Shown: positions 1 through 8,012 of the stretch, piece after piece
How the letters are laid out: the number at the start of each line of letters is the position of its first letter
Position numbering within the stretch: the first letter of the stretch is position 1
NCBI GenBank assembly: GCA_963765145.1
Contig: CAVXVG010000017.1
Span: forward strand, 1-15,991
Source: Parachlamydiales bacterium
Lineage (GTDB): Bacteria; Chlamydiota; Chlamydiia; Chlamydiales; JAJFMK01
DNA length: 15,991 nucleotides
Direction of reading: 5' to 3'
Program-made: the position numbers and the translations under genes
The notes under the pieces: model-generated
What the model was told of the DNA's origin: nothing
The model's input: only the letters and a program-made list of their open reading frames with translations
Database searches by the model: none

Positions 1-1
1 G

Positions 2-1033
2 GGTGGCCAGTGTTTTGACAGATCGTTTAGATCCAAGACCCTCGCCAAAAAATGGAAGAGGGATATGGAGTCGGCAATTGAGCAGGATCGCTACGAATTC
101 ACGAATCCTGCAACCAAACACACCCTTGCGGATCTGATCGCCCTCTACATCGAGAGAGTACTGCCTGGGAAGCCACGGAATGCCAAGAATGTTCTTCGGC
201 ACCTGACTTGGTGGAAGGAGGAACTTGGACATTTGCTGTTAGCTCAAGTGCGGCCTAGCATAATCGCAGAAAAAAGGGATGAGCTGCTTGCGGGCTTTGT
301 TAGAAGCGGAAAGCTCCGCTCTCCCACAACGGTGGTGCGCTATCTGAGCAGTTTATCTCATGTCTTTTCAAAAGCAGTCAAAGAGTGGGAATGGATGAGA
401 GAGAATCCCGTTTTTAAGATCGAGAAGCCCAAACAGGCGCAGGGCAGAAAGCGAGTATTAACTGATGAGGAGCAGAAAAGACTTTTGCAGGCATGCCAAG
501 AGAGCGGATCGAAAGACTTGTTTTTGATCGTTGCTCTTGCTCTGGGAACAGGTATGCGCAAAGGCGAAATCATGGGGCTTAGATGGAGAAATGTTCAGTT
601 GGGAGAACCCACAGGAACGATTGCGCTCGAAAGAACGAAGAATGGTCGTTCAAGGTCTGTTTTGATTACTGGCTTGTTGTTAAGGCTTTTACAGCAGCGA
701 CGCAACCAGCAGCACGCTGATAACTTGATCTTTCCATCACCCAATTATCCCAATCAACCCGTTGATATTCGATCTGCTTGGGAAAAAGCTTTGCAAAATG
801 CTGGGATAGAAGGGTTTGTTTTTCATGGCTTGCGTCATCAGGCAGCTTCTCAAGCAGCAACGATTGAAAATAGTCCTTTGGTTATCGGAGAGTTGCTCGG
901 TCATCAAACGCTGCAGATGACCAAGCATTACGTTCATCTACCGAGCGCGCACATGCAAACAATGGTTGAGGCACTTCAATCAAAAATCTTTCAAAACTAT
1001 CAGGAGAGTAGCCATGCACAGCTTAGAAAATAA
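2..1033 (+). CDS. Tyrosine recombinase / phage-type integrase, 5' end outside the window
   Basis: Catalytic residues are in the expected order: TGMRKGE (R), RTKNG (K), FHGLRH (HxxR), LLGH, KHY (Y). The frame stays open upstream of ATG 65 to position 2 (GGQCFDRSFRSKTLAKKWKRD), so the true start is probably before the window. Confidence 0.93.
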   Translation, partial: GGQCFDRSFRSKTLAKKWKRDMESAIEQDRYEFTNPATKHTLADLIALYIERVLPGKPRNAKNVLRHLTWWKEELGHLLLAQVRPSIIAEKRDELLAGFVRSGKLRSPTTVVRYLSSLSHVFSKAVKEWEWMRENPVFKIEKPKQAQGRKRVLTDEEQKRLLQACQESGSKDLFLIVALALGTGMRKGEIMGLRWRNVQLGEPTGTIALERTKNGRSRSVLITGLLLRLLQQRRNQQHADNLIFPSPNYPNQPVDIRSAWEKALQNAGIEGFVFHGLRHQAASQAATIENSPLVIGELLGHQTLQMTKHYVHLPSAHMQTMVEALQSKIFQNYQESSHAQLRK

Positions 1034-1063
1034 GCCACAGACAGAATTGTGGAGACCAGAGCT
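1014..1063 (+). pseudogene. Possible 5' stub of a gene downstream of the integrase, cut by IS3
   Basis: AGGAG at 1002-1006 and ATG at 1014 overlapping the integrase 3' end. It reads MHSLENKPQTELWRPEL, then enters the IS3 terminal repeat. No homology is recognisable. Confidence 0.35.
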
Positions 1064-1166
1064 TGAAGTGGTTGGCTTAGGTTGGACAGATTTTGACGAG
1101 AATTAAGTAAAACCCTTTACCTAGTCTCTTTTCCCGCTGATTTAACTGAGCAGCTTGGGGACTGCT

Positions 1167-1325
1167 TCAGTCTAAAACATGTCTTTGTTTTTCTTCAACC
1201 TGTTTTTCTTCTCTAAACTGAAAATGATGATACTCCTCTAGGAAATAACCTACCGTTCCCTTCAAGAGCCTCCTCGCCGGTTGTGTAGCGAAGCGGAACA
1301 AGAAGGCGAAACATTCTTGGAACAT
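1167..1325 (-). CDS. Putative 52-aa ORF inside IS3, coupled to orfB
   Basis: The ATG overlaps the orfB stop (TGATG) and is preceded by GAGGGAG. Translation: MFQECFAFLFRFATQPARRLLKGTVGYFLEEYHHFQFREEKQVEEKQRHVLD. No family recognised. Confidence 0.25.
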   Translation of the reverse strand: MFQECFAFLFRFATQPARRLLKGTVGYFLEEYHHFQFREEKQVEEKQRHVLD

Positions 1326-2194
1326 CAAGCTCCCTCTATTTTTGTCCCTCTATAGACTGATCCTGGGGACATATAATTAAGAGATGAATGAGGCCTATTC
1401 TCGTTATAAAACTTAAAATATCGATCAAGGCTTCTTAGAGCATCAACCCCATCTAAATAGTCTCGGATATAAACCTCCTCTTGTTTTACTGTTCTCCATA
1501 GACGTTCTATCCAAACATTGTCCAAGGCTCTTCCCCGACCGTCCATACTAATTAGTATCCCAGCAGATTGTAGCATCTTCGTGAACTCAATGCTCGTATA
1601 CTGAGTTCCCTGGTCGGTATTAAATATATCTGGTTTCCCCTTCTCAAGAGCTTCAAGAACAACTTCTCTACAAAATATCCCGTCTAGAGAGTTGGATAGC
1701 CTCCAGGAAAGAACATAGCGGCTATACCAATCAATCACGGCTGTCAGATACAGAAAGCCATTCTTCATTGGCAGGTAGGTAATATCAGTGCTCCAAACCT
1801 GATTGGTCCGCTTAATCTCTATCCCTCTCAGTAGATAAGGGTATTTTTTATGGCCTGGGTGAGCCTGACTTAAGTCAGGCTTTGGGTAGACTGCTACTAT
1901 TCCCATTCGCCTCATTAAAGTTCGAGCCAAGTCCACACCTACTTCATACCCCATTTTTTTCAACTCGATACTGATACGTCTCTTGCCATAGTAAGGATGT
2001 TCCGTAAAAATCAGATCAATCTCCTTCATCAGGATCAAGTTAAACGTGTCATCCCTGCATGGCTCATAGTAGTAACAAGATCTTGTCAGTCCCAACAGAG
2101 CACATTGTCTCTCAATAGTAAGATCTTGATCCAATGGAGTAATAAGGTTTTTTTTCTCTTTTACGGACAGAGGTTCAGTTTTTTTTTCAGCCAA
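1325..2194 (-). CDS. IS3-family transposase OrfB (rve DDE integrase core)
   Basis: YGKRRI, WSTDITY, VIDWYSR, NTDQGTQY, DNVWIERLWRTVKQE and YNENRPHSSL motifs. It lies in the -1 frame relative to orfA. Confidence 0.96.
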   Translation of the reverse strand: MAEKKTEPLSVKEKKNLITPLDQDLTIERQCALLGLTRSCYYYEPCRDDTFNLILMKEIDLIFTEHPYYGKRRISIELKKMGYEVGVDLARTLMRRMGIVAVYPKPDLSQAHPGHKKYPYLLRGIEIKRTNQVWSTDITYLPMKNGFLYLTAVIDWYSRYVLSWRLSNSLDGIFCREVVLEALEKGKPDIFNTDQGTQYTSIEFTKMLQSAGILISMDGRGRALDNVWIERLWRTVKQEEVYIRDYLDGVDALRSLDRYFKFYNENRPHSSLNYMSPGSVYRGTKIEGA

Positions 2195-2439
2195 TCCCTC
2201 TCTACAGTCACCTCACCGATCTGCCTATAGAGTTCGTCCATTTTTTTTGTAGAATCAACACCCTTCTTTGGCATATTAAATACACCGGAGATGTTTTCTA
2301 GAAGTTGCTTTTTCCATTGGGAGATCTGAGCTGCGTGTACCTCGTATTGGGAGGCCAGCTCGCTCAGTGTTTTGATTTCTTTTGCAGCTTCCAAGGCCAC
2401 CTTTGCCTTAAAAATTGCTGTGTGTCTTTTGCGCGCCAT
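2161..2439 (-). CDS. IS3-family transposase OrfA (HTH)
   Basis: MARKRHTAIFKAKVALEA...LSELASQYEVHAAQISQWKKQL...ERDWLKKK is a typical OrfA. ATG 2439 is preceded by GAAGG. Confidence 0.93.
   Translation of the reverse strand: MARKRHTAIFKAKVALEAAKEIKTLSELASQYEVHAAQISQWKKQLLENISGVFNMPKKGVDSTKKMDELYRQIGEVTVERDWLKKKLNLCP
2179..2187 (-). promoter_or_regulatory. -1 programmed frameshift / slippage site (A9) joining OrfA and OrfB
   Basis: The minus strand reads TGG CTG AAA AAA AAA CTG in the orfA/orfB overlap, and orfB is in the -1 frame. This is the standard IS3-family mechanism. Confidence 0.8.
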
Positions 2440-2525
2440 GTTTACCTTCAATTTTTTTTGTTTTTGAAGGTAAAAGATTAACTTATTTTCGCTTATTTTC
2501 TGTCCAGTTTTGGCCAACCATTACA

Positions 2526-2742
2526 GCTGGGGTTGCAAGTATCCATGATCCAAGCCAGGACCACCGTGAACAACGATTATTGGCATACCTTGACCAATTT
2601 CATTGTAATACAGGCATCCATCCTTGACCTTAACAAAGCTGTGCTGTGCCACATCTGATTTTGGGCTGTGTTCACTTGCGAAACCTGCAAACCATACCCC
2701 CATAAATAAGAGAGCAAACATTGATTTTGATAAAGCCTTCAT
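2526..2742 (-). pseudogene. Alpha/beta hydrolase (proline iminopeptidase-like) with signal peptide, 3'-truncated by IS3
   Basis: Hydrophobic N-terminus followed by LYYNEIGQGMPIIVVHGGPGLDHGYL. The stop codon comes from the IS end, and the catalytic domain is not present on the other flank. Confidence 0.8.
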
Positions 2743-2844
2743 TGGCTGGATTCCTTGTTATAAATTTTTTTCAATCTTTCTGTTTTACAGAGGGTCAGTA
2801 TGCCAGCATCTCAGTTAAAATTCACTCTAAACCAGCCAAATTGT

Positions 2845-3967
2845 CTAACGACTCTTAGACTTTTTTGCTTTGGTCTTTTTTGGCTTCTTTTGGCTTTCGG
2901 GGACTGTGCTTAATTCAGCTTCAATCTCTTCAACTGTAGGCAGGCTTGACTTAAGCTCTTTTGGCAGCTTTTCAACTACTTTGACTTCAAATTCTGCCAC
3001 CCCAATAGGTCGATTAAAGTTCCTTAAAACGTACTCAGCAAAGATATTGTCCTTTGTCTTGCATAGGATAATCCCAATGCTTGGTTGATCATCATCACGT
3101 TTAAGCTGATCGTCTACAGCCGAAAGATACGCACTCATTTGTCCAGCATCGCGACTATCGAATTTTCCTCCCTTTAGCTCCACGATTACGTAACATCGCA
3201 ATGTAAGGTGATAGAAAAGCAGGTCGATATACAGGTCCTGGTTTCCTGCTTTGAGGAGATACTGTTGACCAACAAAAGCAAAACCTTGTCCCAGTTCAAT
3301 CAAGAATTTTTGGATGTGTTTGACTAAAGCTTCTTCTAAGTCTTTCTCTAAGTGCTCTTTGTGCAGGGTGAGAAAGTTAAAGACATATGGGTCTTTTAAC
3401 GATTGCTGTGCTAAATCTGACTGCGGGGCTGGCAACGCCGCTTTGAAGTTTGTTATTGCTTTTCCTTCTCTGCGATACAAGTCGTTTTCGATCCAAATTG
3501 TGAGCATGCTTCTGCTCCACCCATGTTCTATCGTTTTGGAAGCATACCAAAGACGCTCTGCTGTATCCTTAATCTTTTCAAGGATGAGTGCATTATGCCC
3601 CCAAGGGATGGAAAAAATAGGTAAATCGCCTAATTGTGCCACAGCTTGTGGCACTTTTGCATATGCCTGATAAAAAGCCTTCATCCTAAACATGTTACGC
3701 CTTGAGAATCCCTCGACACCAGGGAACTCATTTTGAAGCTCTTTAGCCGCCTTTTCTAATATGTTACTGCCCCAGCCTTCTTTCTCCTGCTTTTCAAATA
3801 TATCCTTACCAATTTCCCAATAAAGCTTGATCAATTCAGACTATTACCCGTAACGGCGGCCTTGATCTGGGCTGATCGAATTTTAACTTTCAATGAGGTA
3901 ATGAATTTTGTATATTCGGCGGGGGATACATCCCCTTTTTGATGGCTGGGATGGACTTTTTAGGCAT
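2845..3967 (-). CDS. YhcG/DUF1016 PD-(D/E)XK nuclease-domain protein, with two frameshifts near the 5' end
   Basis: LYWEIG, GFSRRN, IPWGHN, KDPYVFNFL, FLIELGQGFAFVGQQ, IDLLFYH and VELK motifs. The N-terminus MPKKSIPAIKKG/DVSPAEYTKFITSLKVKIRSAQIKAAV can be rebuilt from ATG 3967 across indels at about 3933 and 3840. Confidence 0.9.
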
Positions 3968-4030
3968 TGGAATTTCCTGTTGAAGGCAATAAATCTTTCA
4001 TGAGTAGCTCCATTTCGATTAGCTTGCCTC

Positions 4031-4640
4031 TCATAATATACTCACTAGTGATGCAATGCCAAAACCTATAATAATAAGTCCAGCAAAGCGATTGATCCAA
4101 ACCATTACTTTTTGGCTCATTTTTTTTCGGAAAAAGGTTACCCCTTCGCTTAATAATAACCACCAGAAAGCTGAGCCGAAAAAAATTCCTAAAACAAGAA
4201 TAATTGAGTCAGCATAACTTCCTGTAGTAGAGAGTCCTAAACCTGCAAATACAGCTAAAAAAGAGAGAATCGTCATTGGGTTTGTAATTGTTAAGAAAAA
4301 GGTGGAAATAAAGTCAGATAGAAGAGTTTTATGCGACACTCCAGAATGTGAGATTTCTTGTGCCTTGGCGATAGCAGTTTTTACACCAAGATAGAATAGA
4401 AAAATGCCACCGATCAGACGCAGCCAGAATTGATTAGCAATTAGAAAGATTTGACACAAAAGTCAACCCAAAAGCTGCAATGATACCATAAATGCAATCG
4501 GCCGCGGCTGCACCAAGGCCAGAAAAGAATCCTGATAATCGACCAAACTGCAATGTCCTACGAATGCAAAGGATACCAATTGGACCTACAGGAGCAGCGA
4601 TAGAAAATCCAAGGATCAGTCTTTTAAGAAAAAAGATCAT
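4031..4640 (-). CDS. LysE/RhtB-family amino acid exporter, frameshifted at about 4448
   Basis: GFSIAAPVGPIGILCIRRTL and GLGAAAAD in the first ORF. LTITNPMTIL, GSAFWW and INRFAG in the second. RBS GAGG before ATG 4640. Confidence 0.9.
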
Positions 4641-4774
4641 CTTGTCCTCATTGTTTGTTTTTTTCCTTGTTTCACTATCTTCGTTTTCTTTTAAGAGTGG
4701 CCATAGCATTCTCCAATGTAAGAAGAAATCATAGCAGTTTTTTAGTTAAAAGTCTGCATGAGTTCTGAATTTAT

Positions 4775-5494
4775 TCAGAGCACTACGTCGTGCTCTGCTT
4801 GGGGTATCTTTCCTTGTTCTAAAAGAGATTCACATAAGGGAATAAATTGGCTTAGCAATTGGGCGGAATTATCGTAACATCGAATGAAAGCTTGAAGAGA
4901 CACCACTAGCGTAGGCAAGGCCAAGTCTGGGAATATCTTGTTCTGATTAAGGCCCAGGTAAGCCACATGTTTTTCCCAATCCAGTTGAACATAGGCCTTG
5001 ATCACCCCAGCAGCGTTCGGATGGGCAAATTCACTAAGAATTAATACTGGTTGAAATATCCCTTAATCTGTTTACCTAATCCATCCCTAACAAGTGTTAG
5101 TATATGGTGGGGAGTCATAGAAGAAGTCCCATCTCTGGTCTGAATTTTCGCACCTAACATCGCCTTTGTTAGGAATTTTCGAATTTTGGGCACAGATTTT
5201 TTCTTTAAGAGCATATTCTAACAGAGTAGTGAATTCCCAAAAGAGGGATTCAGTTTCCATTACGCTTCTGCAAAGAGTAAAGGCTGTTATAAGTTTATTC
5301 TTTTGGAAAGCATCATATGTAGACCCCGCAAGTTCTGTGATGCGGTGTAAGCAGGCTTCCCTTAACACATGAGCTCTGCATGGGTCTATTGCTTTAGAAA
5401 TAACAAGAGGAATTTCCCATGGGAGACTATTTTCCAAAGTGTCAATACTATCCTTCAGGGCTTTTAAATAAGACTGTTCGCTTTCTGGTGCCAT
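4775..5494 (-). CDS. Hypothetical helical protein, HEPN-like (DUF5677-like), split by two frameshifts
   Basis: Three frames join across indels at about 5200 and 5042 into one protein of about 240 aa, containing CRSVMET and Y.ILSEFAHPN. The family call is from motif resemblance only. Confidence 0.55.
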
Positions 5495-5514
5495 TAAATC
5501 AGGCCTTTTTATAT

Positions 5515-6157
5515 TCAATTATTATCATCAACTAGCTTAATTTCAATACGTTCAATTCCTTTACCAGACCTAGACCTCTTTAAGGTAACACAGCCCACCT
5601 CTTTGGTGGACTTAACATGAGTTCCTCCACAGGGAACCTCCGCGAAGCCATCAATCTTCCAAAAACGTCTTTGCGTAGTAACATCGGTAAAGCCAGTTTG
5701 GATGGGGCAGTCTGCGTAATGATCTTGTTGTAATCATCCAGAATCACATCAAAAAGGGAGGATATGTGCTCTGGGAAAACAAAATCAATTCTGGCTTTGT
5801 TTTCTGCAATATGAGCTCCTACCTTTTCTAGATGATACTTTTGAGTCACAATTTCTAGAACAAGCTCAGCTGCAAAATGTAGTCGCATGAGCCTGTATCT
5901 CCGCAGCCAATCAATAGTCATTTGCACTACATCTCCTACAGAAAGGCCATGTCCTTCGGGTAACGTGTAGTAGATCAGATTGCCTTCTTTTCGTGAATCG
6001 ATGACAGGGAGGTCATCAATCCATGCCTTATCGCTTTCTTGCCCACCAGAAAACGAATAGGCGATAGTCTCTTGAATAGGAGTTCATTTCCATTGACTTG
6101 GGAGACAGTGGTTGTAAGAGATTGCTGATAAGGATTGTCCCAAAATATTTTTCGCAT
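5515..6157 (-). CDS. AlaX-type alanyl-tRNA editing protein, frameshifted at about 6072 and 5715
   Basis: Joined sequence: MRKIFWDNPY...ETIAYSFSGGQESD...RRYRLMRLHFAAEL...KARIDF...EVPCGGTHVKSTKEVG...GKGIERIEI, ending at TGA 5517-5515. Confidence 0.88.
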
Positions 6158-6159
6158 CT

Positions 6160-6594
6160 TCACACACCTAGCACTTTTTTGACTTTTTTACCGAACCCGA
6201 TGAGTCGTTCTTTTGGCTCATTGGAAAAGACAAAACGCACATATTTACCTGCTGTTTCACCCCAACCAACCATAGGTGTTGTTGCAATTTTGGTTTCTTG
6301 TAGGAGGCGTTCAGAGAGCTTTTGGGAAGTGATTCCAAATGGAGTGGTATCAAGAAGTAGAGACCAACCACCATGAGGAGGAATTGCAGGAAGGTCTTCT
6401 AGCTCGTTTAGCAATGTATTACGTCTTATCCTCCCACACTTTCAATGCGGATTGCAATCCATCATCTTTTGCATTGAGTGCAGCAGTAACTCCCGCCATG
6501 CTAATCCCTGTTTGGCATACGACATTCGATATGCTAACAAGGCCAATGTCATTCATAATGGCTTTTGGGCCTACGATCCAGCCAATGCGCCATC
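6160..6594 (-). pseudogene. C-terminal part of a class I/II PLP-dependent aminotransferase, 5' part removed at IS21
   Basis: WRIGWIVGP...RRNTLL...PHGGW...YVRFVFS, with an indel at about 6427. The IS21 junction falls in the Gly codon of GWRIG, so the PLP lysine is missing. Confidence 0.85.
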
Positions 6595-6751
6595 TGTCAA
6601 GCGACATCAGAAATTGACCCCTTTACGACATTGAGAATTGACCCACCCCTAAAAGTTTCTTTAATTACTACAGCTGCCTAACGGCCTCTATATTGAAGCT
6701 TCAACAGTAGTTGGAGTTAACTAAACTCCAGGTTATCGCTTAAGCTTGATT

Positions 6752-6803
6752 CCCCTCTTCTCACTGAAGGGGGCGGCCACTTTCCCCATGAGGGAAGTGT
6801 TTT
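6752..6803 (+). terminator. Twin-hairpin unit copy 1, terminator-like
   Basis: CCCCTCTTC-TCACT-GAAGGGGG, then CACTTTCCC-CATGA-GGGAAGTG, then TTTT. Confidence 0.45.
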
Positions 6804-6908
6804 ACGTCAATTTTCTTGACTGGTCTTATTTTTCGTCTGGCTCCATCCATCTTTGAAGCCTAACAATGTGTTTTTATAGAAGGATGAATAATTTTCTTCT
6901 TCCTCTGC

Positions 6909-7096
6909 TTCCAGGCGTAGAGTGTTGACAAGTTCATAAGCAGCCACAGTAGAATTTACCAAAACAAAACTGCTTATGAACTTGTCGACACCGAGCCTGG
7001 GGACTGTTTGCAGGTTGTTCATTTTGTTCAAAAAACTGATCGAGCTCTAACCAAATAAATGCTTTTTTTTGAACAATATGAATAAGCTGTGAACAG
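6909..7096 (+). ncRNA. Candidate structured RNA/ssDNA: two adjacent long hairpins inside IS21
   Basis: Stem 6922-6943/6970-6991 (21 Watson-Crick pairs plus 1 U-G), extended by 6909-6916/6995-7002. Stem 7004-7035/7065-7096 (32 positions, 3 G-U, 2 mismatches). The inverted repeats are directly visible, but expression is unproven. Confidence 0.45.
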
Positions 7097-7161
7097 CGGA
7101 GCCTTTCGAAAACAAGATTGTGACATTTTTTGTATCCAATAATAAATTGTAGTTTTTCTTT

Positions 7162-7225
7162 TGCCCTTACCTTCTCATTGAAGAAAGGGGACAACCACCC
7201 CTTCATGGAGAAGGGGCGATTTTTT
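7162..7225 (+). terminator. Twin-hairpin unit copy 2, terminator-like, abutting the istB stop
   Basis: CCCTTACCTTC-TCATT-GAAGAAAGGG, then CCCCTTC-ATGGA-GAAGGGG, then CGATTTTTT. Confidence 0.55.
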
Positions 7226-8012
7226 ACTTCACTTCCGACTGCGGTGTTGTGGGTTTGATCAAACCCGACTTCCTCTTCTCCTTTAGTCGGTAACTTTCCC
7301 CTCGAATGGTCACCACTTGGCTATGATGTAAGAGTCGATCCAAAATAGCCGTTGCAACGACGGTGTCGCTAAAAACCTCTCCCCATTCGCCGACAGAACG
7401 ATTGCTTGTAATCAGAGTACTGCCTTTTTCATAACGCCTGGAGACTAACTGAAAAAATAGATGGGCCGCTTTTGGCTCAAAAGGCAGGTACCCAAGTTCA
7501 TCGATAATCAGCAGTTTTGGTTTTGCATATGCAGTAATCTTTTCTTCAAGTCGCCCCTCTTGGTGAGCTCGAGCCAGCTGGGTTAAGAGGGTTGTTGCTG
7601 AAGTGAAAAGAACGCTATATCCCAAACAAATGGCTTCACGGCCAAGTGCTACTGCTAAATGCGTTTTCCCAACTCCAGGTGGGCCTAACAAAAGAACCGC
7701 ATCACCGTTGGCCACCCATCGACACATGCCAAGCTCTCGGATTTGGCCAGCATCCAAAGAAGGCTGAGCGCTAAAATCAAATTGCTCCAAGGTTCTGACA
7801 TAGGGAAATTTGGCCATAGTAAACCCCATTCGATTGCGCGTCTGGTCTCTATGCTGTATTTCCTGTTTGCAGAGGAAGGCAAGGGCTTCTCGAAGATTCA
7901 TCTCTTTACGAGAGGCCTCATCGAGGAGGTTATCCAACTTGTCTCGAATCGTCGTTAATTTTAACCGGTTGAGTGCCGCCACTAAATTTTCATGACTTAC
8001 ATTCATAGCCAT
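7224..8012 (-). CDS. istB: IS21 helper AAA+ ATPase IstB
   Basis: FDFSAQP, Walker A GPPGVGKT, Walker B LLIIDELGY, ITSN, AILDRLLHH and GESYRLK motifs. The start overlaps the istA stop. Confidence 0.97.
   Translation of the reverse strand: MAMNVSHENLVAALNRLKLTTIRDKLDNLLDEASRKEMNLREALAFLCKQEIQHRDQTRNRMGFTMAKFPYVRTLEQFDFSAQPSLDAGQIRELGMCRWVANGDAVLLLGPPGVGKTHLAVALGREAICLGYSVLFTSATTLLTQLARAHQEGRLEEKITAYAKPKLLIIDELGYLPFEPKAAHLFFQLVSRRYEKGSTLITSNRSVGEWGEVFSDTVVATAILDRLLHHSQVVTIRGESYRLKEKRKSGLIKPTTPQSEVK

Larger units (their letters stand above)
1064..2525 (-). mobile_element. IS3-family insertion sequence, 1462 bp
   Basis: Imperfect terminal IRs with TG..CA ends: TGAAGTGGTTGGCTTAGGTTGGACAGA (from 1064) versus TGTAATGGTTGGCCAAAACTGGACAGA (reverse complement ending 2525). 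GCT flanks both sides (1061-1063, 2526-2528). orfA/orfB layout. Confidence 0.93.

Noticed and set aside
1..1063. Integron integrase or att site
   Set aside because: No IntI-specific insertion is evident in the integrase, there are no convincing attC sites, and no tRNA is present in the window.
2440..2517. N-terminal extension of IS3 OrfA in the ORF track
   Set aside because: It begins inside the terminal IR. ATG 2439 has an RBS and matches the family start.
7045..7052. Loop B sequence CTCTAACC could pair with right-flank GGTTGGAG (9376-9383), suggesting a guide-target match
   Set aside because: Only 8 nt with one wobble and found post hoc, so it is expected by chance. It needs multiple insertion sites to test.
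6807..7206. Minus-strand ORFs of 74 and 90 aa as IS21 passenger genes
   Set aside because: No recognisable family or RBS, and they run through long inverted repeats that explain the sequence better. A frameshifted passenger gene is not fully excluded.
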